NCBI GenBank assembly: GCA_003858585.1
Contig: RQZE01000002.1
Span: forward strand, 30,001 to 62,000
Source: Erysipelotrichaceae bacterium OH741_COT-311
GTDB lineage: Bacteria; Bacillota_I; Bacilli_A; Erysipelotrichales; Erysipelotrichaceae
DNA length: 32,000 nucleotides
Direction of reading: 5' to 3'
In this document: positions 1-7,000 of the stretch, in pieces
Position numbering within the stretch: the first letter of the stretch is position 1
Layout of the letters: each line of letters begins with the position of its first letter
Notes under the pieces: generated by a model
Database searches by the model: none
What the model was told of the DNA's origin: nothing
Seen by the model: the letters and a program-made list of their open reading frames with translations, nothing else
Translations under genes and position numbers: made by a program

Positions 1-2
1 GA

Positions 3-593
3 AATCTGGAAGATGCCAAAGAGGCTATGAAAATTTGTGCACAAGAAATAGCGAAATTGAATTTAGATATGCATTTAATTAGTGCTGAATATACATTGGA
101 TCGCAGTAAAATTTCCTTTGTATATATGGCGGATGAGCGTGTGGACTTTCGTGAGCTTTTAAAAGAACTGGCTGCTATTTTTCATGTGCGTATTGATTTA
201 CGTCAAATCGGTTCACGTGATAAAGCAAAAATGGTTGGTGGCATTGGTGTATGTGGGCAAGAACTATGTTGTTCAAAATTTATGGATAATTTTGATGTGG
301 TTTCCATCAATCATGCTAAGAATCAATTATTAGCGTTAAACATACCTAAGCTATCCGGTCAATGTGGAAAGTTAAAGTGTTGTTTAAAGTTTGAAGATGA
401 AGCATATAAGGAATTAAGAAAAGGTCTTCCGAAATTGAATAGTCAAGTAGAATATGAAGGAAATCTATATCGTATTACAAGTATGAATGTTATAGGAGGT
501 ACTTGTAAGTTAGAAAATCGTGAAATGGCTCAATTCATTACCTTAGAAGAGTTGTTAAAAAATGGTGTGTTTAAAAAGGTGGAGAAAAAATAA
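3..593 (+). CDS. ricT: PSP1-domain protein RicT/YaaT, 5'-truncated by the window edge
   Basis: The frame is open from nt 3 (NLEDAKEA precedes the first Met at 27). Two Cys clusters typical of YaaT/PSP1 are present (GVCGQELCCSKF and SGQCGKLKCCLKFE). It sits directly upstream of rsmI, as in Bacillus-type synteny. The stop TAA overlaps the rsmI ATG (TAATG). Confidence 0.85.
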   Translation, partial: NLEDAKEAMKICAQEIAKLNLDMHLISAEYTLDRSKISFVYMADERVDFRELLKELAAIFHVRIDLRQIGSRDKAKMVGGIGVCGQELCCSKFMDNFDVVSINHAKNQLLALNIPKLSGQCGKLKCCLKFEDEAYKELRKGLPKLNSQVEYEGNLYRITSMNVIGGTCKLENREMAQFITLEELLKNGVFKKVEKK

Positions 594-1444
594 TGAAAAT
601 TCAAAAGAGTTTTATGAATGAATTGCCTACCCTTTACTTAGTGGCTACACCAATTGGGAATTTGGATGAATTTACTCCAAGAGCTATTGAAATTTTAAAT
701 GAAGTAGATGTGATTGCGGCGGAAGATACACGTACTTCATTGAAGTTGTTACAGCATTTTAAGATTACAACGCATGTAATCAGTCATCATAATTTTAATG
801 AAAGACAATCCAGTAAGGGTATTGTAAATTTGTTGAAGCAAGGAAAACATGTTGCAATTATTAGTGATGCGGGATATCCGTTGATTAGTGATCCGGGGTT
901 AAATGTGGTTTCTTTAGCCATCCAAGAAGGTTTTAATGTGGTTCCGATATCAGGGTCTAATGCGGCATTAAATGCTTTGGTAGCTTCCGGATTGCCTTGT
1001 CAACCATATTTGTTTTGGGGGTTTTTGAGTTCAAGTATGAATGAGGCGATAAAAGAGTTAAAGCAGGTACAAATGTATCCTTGTACCTTACTTTTCTATG
1101 AAGCACCTCATCGTTTGGTAAGAACGCTAAAACTTATTCAAGAAGTTTTAGGAGATCGTTATCTTTGTGTTGCCAGAGAATTGACTAAAAAACATGAAGA
1201 ATTTATTCGAGGTACTGTAAGTGAATTGCTTTCACATTTGCAAGAGGTGAAAGGAGAATTGGTTTTAGTCGTAGAAGGGCATCGAAAAGAAGACGAAAAA
1301 GATATTCTGTTAAAAGATGTACATATTAAAGTAGAAGAATACATTGCTTTGGGTATGAGTCCAAGCATTGCGATTAAAACGGTGGCTAAAGATTTCGGTT
1401 TATCAAAAAATGAAGTATATCAGCGTTATTTTAATCGCAGTTAA
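593..1444 (+). CDS. rsmI: 16S rRNA (cytidine1402-2'-O)-methyltransferase RsmI
   Basis: 283 aa. The N-terminal LYLVATPIGNLDEFTPRAIEILNEVDVIAAEDTR is the characteristic RsmI tetrapyrrole-methylase-fold signature. Position between yaaT and metG fits known synteny. Confidence 0.92.
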   Translation: MKIQKSFMNELPTLYLVATPIGNLDEFTPRAIEILNEVDVIAAEDTRTSLKLLQHFKITTHVISHHNFNERQSSKGIVNLLKQGKHVAIISDAGYPLISDPGLNVVSLAIQEGFNVVPISGSNAALNALVASGLPCQPYLFWGFLSSSMNEAIKELKQVQMYPCTLLFYEAPHRLVRTLKLIQEVLGDRYLCVARELTKKHEEFIRGTVSELLSHLQEVKGELVLVVEGHRKEDEKDILLKDVHIKVEEYIALGMSPSIAIKTVAKDFGLSKNEVYQRYFNRS

Positions 1445-1484
1445 GATGTTTTCAATATTTCAATGATGTTATCGTTTCATATTA

Positions 1485-1493
1485 TGATATAAT
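1485..1493 (+). promoter_or_regulatory. Candidate extended -10 promoter element (TGATATAAT) for metG
   Basis: TATAAT at 1488-1493 is preceded by TGA, giving a TGn extended -10. No good -35 is present. It lies about 100 nt upstream of the metG ATG. Confidence 0.35.
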
Positions 1494-1516
1494 AAATGAA
1501 ATGAAGTTGTTTATAA

Positions 1517-1580
1517 GATGTAACTTTGCATTTAATGTAGTGGTAGACCGTGCATTGTGCTCTTTGTTACATTTTTTGTT
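1517..1580 (+). promoter_or_regulatory. Candidate leader attenuator upstream of metG, with a T-box-like motif and a hairpin plus U-tract
   Basis: GTTACAT (1566-1572) is followed by TTTTTTGTTTT. It can pair with either ATGTAAC (1518-1524) or AATGTAGTGG (1533-1542). The segment AATGTAGTGGTAGACCGTG (1533-1551) loosely resembles the T-box consensus AAnnnGGGTGGTACCGCG. The stems are AT-rich and weak. Confidence 0.3.
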
Positions 1581-1594
1581 TTAAGGAGGATAAA

Positions 1595-3505
1595 ATGAAA
1601 GAGAAGTTTTATATTACCACAGCGATTGCGTATACTTCGGGGAAACCTCACTTTGGTAATGTTTATGAAATTGTATTAGCGGATGCGATTGCACGTTATA
1701 AGCGTTTACGTGGTTATGATGTGTTTTTTCAAACCGGTACGGATGAACATGGTCAAAAAATTGAAGAAAAAGCATCAAAAGCCAATAAAAGTCCGCAAGC
1801 TTATGTGGATGAAGTAGCAGGTGTTATCAAGGAACAATTCGATATGATGAATGCTTCTTATGATTATTTTATTCGTACAACTGATAAAAATCATAAGGAA
1901 GTAGTAGCAAAAATATTTAAAAAATTATATGACCAGGGAGATATTTATTTAGGTAAGTATGAGGGATGGTATTGTAAATATTGTGAGTCTTTTTTTACAG
2001 AAAGTCAGTTAGTGGATGGAAAATGTCCGGATTGTGGACGTGAAGTAATTGTTACAAGTGAAGATGCTTATTTTATGAATATGAGTAAATATGCAGATCG
2101 TTTGATGAAACATATTGAAGATCATCCGAACTTTATTCAACCGGAAAGTCGAAAAAATGAAATGATTAATAATTTTTTGAAGCCGGGACTTCAGGATCTA
2201 TGTGTATCACGCACTTCATTTAAATGGGGAATACCGGTATCGTTTCATCCGGAACATGTGGTTTATGTGTGGATTGATGCGTTAAGTAATTATATTTCTT
2301 CTCTTGGCTATGATCCGGATGGAAATCATGGAGAATTGTTTAAAAAGTATTGGCCTGCAGATATCCATTTGATTGGAAAAGATATTCTGCGTTTTCATAC
2401 GATTTATTGGCCGATTATGTTGATGGCTTTGGATTTGCCTCTTCCTAAGCAAATTTTTGGACATCCTTGGCTGTTGGCAGGAGATGGTAAGATGAGTAAA
2501 TCAAAGGGAAATGTTATTTATGCAGATGATTTAGTGCGTTATTTTACAACGGATGCGGTACGATACATTATGCTTCATGAAATGCCATTTGCAACGGATG
2601 GGAAAGTGTCGTATGAATCGATGATTGAACGGATCAATTCTGATTTGGCTAATACTTTGGGGAATCTTGTTAATCGTACGATTTCCATGACGAATAAATA
2701 TTTCCAAGGAAAAGTAAAAAATAAGCATGTATTAAGTTCTTTTGATGAAGACTTGATTCAATATGTATCCAAGACGATTGTATTATGTAGTGACAGTATG
2801 GATGAATTAAAGGTTCAAGATGCATTGGAACATATCAACCATCTATATCGTAGATGCAATAAGTTTATTGATGAAACACTGCCTTGGTCTTTAGCGAAAG
2901 ATGAAGATCAAAAAGATCGCTTAGAAACGGTGTTATTTAACCTGTTAGAAGCAATTCGTGTGGGTAGTATTTTATTAAGTAGTTTTTTGCCTGAAACAGC
3001 GATGCGTATTTTTAAGCAGTTAAACACAGAAGCAACTACTTATGAGGATTGTCGATTCGGTGTACATAGTGCTTATGAAGTAACCCATCAACCTGAAATT
3101 TTATTTGCTCGTATTGATGAAAAAGAAATGATGGATAAGATTTCTGCCGAATTACAAAAAGAAGTTGTCAAAGTTAGTCAAAAAGATGAGATTACAATCG
3201 AAGATTTTAATAAAGTTGAGATGGTAGTTGGAGAAATCATAGAGTGTAGAAAACATCCAAAGGCAGATAAACTTTTAATTTCTAAAGTTGATATCGGTGG
3301 AGAGCTTCGTCAGGTAGTTTCAGGAATTGCTGAAAGTTATCAACCTGAGGATTTATTGCATAAGAAAGTCATAGTGGTGATTAATTTAAAGCCTGCACTA
3401 TTAAAGAAAGAAGTCTCAGAAGGGATGATTCTTGCCGGGGTAAAAGAAGACAAGATGGAAGTTGTTTTTGTACAAGATTTACCGGTAGGAAGTGTGATCC
3501 GATAA
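1595..3505 (+). CDS. metG: Methionine--tRNA ligase with a C-terminal tRNA-binding (EMAP/Trbp111-like) domain
   Basis: Class I motifs are present: a HIGH-type KPHFGNVYE and KMSKS (GKMSKSKGN). A zinc knuckle is present (CKYCESF...CPDCG). The C-terminal OB-fold reads VGEIIECRKHPKADKLLISKVDIGGELRQVVSGIA. I place the start at ATG 1595, behind AAGGAGGA at 1583-1590. The track start at 1550 has no RBS. Confidence 0.95.
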   Translation: MKEKFYITTAIAYTSGKPHFGNVYEIVLADAIARYKRLRGYDVFFQTGTDEHGQKIEEKASKANKSPQAYVDEVAGVIKEQFDMMNASYDYFIRTTDKNHKEVVAKIFKKLYDQGDIYLGKYEGWYCKYCESFFTESQLVDGKCPDCGREVIVTSEDAYFMNMSKYADRLMKHIEDHPNFIQPESRKNEMINNFLKPGLQDLCVSRTSFKWGIPVSFHPEHVVYVWIDALSNYISSLGYDPDGNHGELFKKYWPADIHLIGKDILRFHTIYWPIMLMALDLPLPKQIFGHPWLLAGDGKMSKSKGNVIYADDLVRYFTTDAVRYIMLHEMPFATDGKVSYESMIERINSDLANTLGNLVNRTISMTNKYFQGKVKNKHVLSSFDEDLIQYVSKTIVLCSDSMDELKVQDALEHINHLYRRCNKFIDETLPWSLAKDEDQKDRLETVLFNLLEAIRVGSILLSSFLPETAMRIFKQLNTEATTYEDCRFGVHSAYEVTHQPEILFARIDEKEMMDKISAELQKEVVKVSQKDEITIEDFNKVEMVVGEIIECRKHPKADKLLISKVDIGGELRQVVSGIAESYQPEDLLHKKVIVVINLKPALLKKEVSEGMILAGVKEDKMEVVFVQDLPVGSVIR

Positions 3506-3886
3506 ATGGAAGTATTACGTTTCATTAGTCAATATAGTTATTGGGCATATCTTGTTGTAGGCGGTGCTTTACTTGTTGTAATAGTGTTATTTTTGAAAAA
3601 GTTTAAGACGATGATGACTTTTGTAAATGGATTACAATCGGGGATTTCCACAATACAAGCTAATTTATTAGTTATGGAAGAAAAAGAGAAGATTGTAGAA
3701 AGAAAGTTGAAGCCAAAGATTAATTTATTGGTTAAACTTACGAAGTATTTTATTTTCTATCGTCTAATTAAAGAGGCGTATAAGCATGATCCTAGTACTA
3801 AGGGGATTAAGGGATTTGTAAGAAGTGCAGTTTCTACAAATCGAGAAATACATCGTGCAAGAGTTATTAATCAAATTATTAAATAA
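3506..3886 (+). CDS. Hypothetical single-pass membrane protein, 126 aa
   Basis: The ATG directly abuts the metG stop (TAAATG). One N-terminal TM segment is present (YWAYLVVGGALLVVIVLFL), followed by a Lys/Arg-rich soluble tail. I recognise no family. A terminator follows. Confidence 0.55.
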   Translation: MEVLRFISQYSYWAYLVVGGALLVVIVLFLKKFKTMMTFVNGLQSGISTIQANLLVMEEKEKIVERKLKPKINLLVKLTKYFIFYRLIKEAYKHDPSTKGIKGFVRSAVSTNREIHRARVINQIIK

Positions 3887-3920
3887 AAAGAATGAATGCT
3901 ACAGTATTCATTCTTTTTGT
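3886..3920 (+). terminator. Rho-independent terminator after the metG/hypothetical operon
   Basis: AAAAAGAATGAAT-gctacagt-ATTCATTCTTTTT forms a perfect 10-13 bp stem followed by a T-run. Confidence 0.7.
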
Positions 3921-3938
3921 GAAAATAAATCTTTTTTA

Positions 3939-3967
3939 TTGAATTGTGTAAAAAAATGTGATAATAT
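3939..3967 (+). promoter_or_regulatory. Sigma-A-type promoter of the adhesin gene
   Basis: -35 TTGAAT (3939-3944), a 17-nt spacer, then -10 TAATAT (3962-3967). The alternative is a TGT-GATAAT extended -10. RBS GGAGG at 3991-3995, ATG at 4003. Confidence 0.5.
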
Positions 3968-4002
3968 TACACCGATTTTTTTAGTAGATAGGAGGTTTTA
4001 AA

Positions 4003-7000
4003 ATGTTTAAGAATAAAATAATGTTGGTTCTTTTGTCCGCTTTTTTATTACTTACTACAATGTGGATCAATACGATGGCAGAAAGTGATCTGGAAAGTGT
4101 AGTTGAAGAGATAGAAACTACGATAATTGATCCAAATAATAAAGAAGTATATGCAGTTACAGAAGAACATGTGACGTCTGTCGTTGATGAAGAGGCACAT
4201 GTAGAGGTAATACCTGTTACCGGTGAGCAACCAGAGAATGAACATGCTTTAGAGACAGGTAATGAAGCTGAAACGGTTGTGGAAGCCTCAGAAGAAACTA
4301 CTTTAATTGAAAAAGAAGCAACAAATGAAGAAAATAAATTAAAAATAACGTTGGAAGTTATCAATTTAGAAGCTGATAATACGACGAATCAAAATAGTGA
4401 ATTCTGGGTAGAAACACCTATTAACGCTGCGGTGAATGTAGAAGTGTCAGGTACAGGACCAACCATGAAAGAGCCTTGGATTATTTTAACTGTACCAAAG
4501 CTAAATATTATTTATAAGCCCGCGTTTGTTGATTCACAAAATGCGTATGAAACGATTCAAAGAGAAGATGCATCGAATTGGTATGTGACGTATAAGTTTA
4601 GGGAGTTAAGTGGTGGTCAACTTATGACCTTTCCGTTTCCTTTTAAATTTCGTGATGAACCAACTAGGAACGGGAATACTATTGATGTTAAGCTGGCATT
4701 AGTTGATGGTACCAGCATTGAGGAAACAAAACCGGTTATTCAAGAAATTACTAAAACATATATTGCGAAAAAACAAGAATTTGAATATACGAATTCTCAT
4801 ATTACAGCATTTGCGGCAACAAGATATGATAAAGATACAGATGTACACTACTACAATGTTTCTGCTGATGAAGGTGTGACAAATATCGGTGAAGAAGGTA
4901 AAAATGTGGAAATTGGATTTTCAGAGTCAATTGAAATACCGAATTCTATTACAGGGAAAGCAAGTTATGTTAGACCGAAAAACATTAAAATTGTAGTCCA
5001 TTTGCCTGAAGGAGTTGAAATTGACGGAGATGGTTTATGGAAGTTTGATCCTGTAGCGAAAACTGCGACATTAGTACATAATAATCCCGGGGTAGATGGA
5101 AATTACTGGGCAAGAGATAACAAGCCGGGAAAAACATATTGGAAACACCTAAAATTTAAAAATAAGAATTTTAATGAAGTCTTTGAAGTAAAAGCAGAAT
5201 ATTATGTAGATGCAGGACTGGATAGTCAAAGACGTCTACCTGATCGTGCGGTGAAAGTTGCTTTTCAACCTTCCTATTTTTCACCTAGTGGTTCAACAAC
5301 TGTCTATAAAGATAATTTAAACTATATCGGTGATGATCCAATTCGATTCTATTTAGAAGAAGGTGCTTATACCATTGTTGGAGACAAAATCTATGACAAG
5401 CGTGAAGAACAAACTGCTAACGGTCTTTTTTATCAAATACATATATATAATTCAAATAACGGTTCTTCTGTAGCGAATAAAGATGGTGGTATTATAAGTG
5501 CAGTTTCTAAGGTGACGGATTTTGTATTAACCAATCCAAATGATAAACGTATTTACTATAAAGCATTTAAAATAGATTCTATTATTAAAGAAAATAATTT
5601 CTTTGATACTGCTAAAAGTAATGAAATTATTCAACAAGCAATCAATACGATAAACAATAATCCGAATAAACTTTATGGAATTGATGATCAAGGAAATAAA
5701 ACATTATTAAAAGAAAACTTAAAATATCAAGAACAGTTCGTATTGGATGATGTCAATCATAAATATTCTAAACTGGAACTTGAGTTTTCTAAGGATATTA
5801 TTTTAAATAATACAAGAATGAAATTTAATATTCAGGCATTTCCAAGTCCGGAGGAAGTAGAGAAATTTAAAAACAAAACGTATAAAAGCAAACAAGATTA
5901 TTATGCGTCAGTCGAAGCGATTGTAGAAACCGGTAAGACAATTACGGAAGCAGAGGCAAATCGTAAAGTACATAGACATGTAAATGTATGGGCATATACA
6001 AGTTTATCTCCGATAACACCTAAAGCTTATATCAATAACTCATCAAATCAAACAGTTGTGTTTAAAGCAACCGGAACTTATGTTGAATACTTCACAGATG
6101 GAAGACTTTCGGTGAACTTTGGAAATTGGGGACCACTTGGATATGAGGAAATTAAAGATGTAAAAGTAATTCAACTTTTACCTCAGGGTTTTAATTTTGT
6201 AAGAAGAAAGAATTTATATTGGTATACGGGTTCAATTCCAGATCCGGAAGTAATTGAAAATTATAAAAATACAGGAAGAACGGCAGTTATTTATACAGTT
6301 CCAAAAATAAAGGCAAATGAAGGCTCTATAGATGATTTTTATATTGTTAGTGAATTGGAAGCTACCAAGTATGCAGAGCGAGGAAATAATCGTGTCGATA
6401 GTTTCATTGTGTATCCTCACAATGAGGTTATTCAGCCAACAGATACAAGTTTCAATTATGTGGATGAGTTGGATTTAGATGATGATGGCGATCGTAATGA
6501 AATATTTTTAACAACGCATTCCTTTATTAACTATATTCCACCATTGGAGTTACTTGTAAAAAATCAGGTTGGGTATGAAACACAAAATCATGGATTAGTA
6601 GAAACGGGTGATTTGGGAGAAACGTTCTATTACTCGTTAACTCTTTTTAATAATACAATTAAATCGGTAAGTAAGGCATATCTGATTGATGTCTTACCAT
6701 ATAAAGGGGATACCAAAATCATTGCTAATCCGACTGGAGAATATGAATCAAGAGGATCTGTATTTACGACTCCTATGACAAGGGCATTGGAAGATATTCC
6801 TGCGAATGCTGCTTATTTAGATCGCTTTGAATTTTTCTATCAAGTTACTTCACCAACTTCTCCGTTTGAAAACGTTCGTGATGGTGTTTGGTTAACGAAA
6901 GATCAAATTACTAATTTTGAAGATGTAAAAAGTTTTAAGATTGTTTTAAAAGATGGTAAAGAGATTGCTTCCAAAGAACAAATTACATTTGTTGTAGAAT

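Noticed and set aside
1-1444. yaaT/ricT is fused directly to rsmI by a TAATG overlap. The yabA/yabB-type genes found between them in Bacillus subtilis are absent.
   Set aside because: This is probably ordinary lineage-specific synteny variation. Nothing in the sequence, such as scars or repeats, suggests a recent deletion.
1550-1594. N-terminal extensions suggested by the ORF track. They affect metG (1550), the GH20 gene (20664), CYTH (28405), nadK (28453), the response regulator (18458), the permease (15422) and the membrane protein (9842).
   Set aside because: In each case an internal ATG has a properly spaced GGAGG-type RBS and restores the canonical family N-terminus. Examples are MKEKFYITTAIAY for MetRS, a signal peptide for the GH20 protein and ExExK for CYTH. 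The extensions mostly begin at non-ATG codons or lack an RBS.
3945-3961. An A7 tract in the spacer of the adhesin promoter, considered as a slipped-strand phase-variation switch.
   Set aside because: Seven A residues are short for efficient slippage, and AT-rich spacers are the norm in this genome. Without population data there is no support.
3981-4364. A 127-aa antisense ORF overlapping the 5' end of the adhesin gene. Similar antisense ORFs occur at 1159-1368, 2282-2728, 4048-4245, 6232-6420 and 10938-11126.
   Set aside because: These are shadow ORFs lying opposite strongly supported genes. They have low-complexity Ser/Thr/Val or Ile/Asn-rich translations, no RBS and no recognisable motifs.
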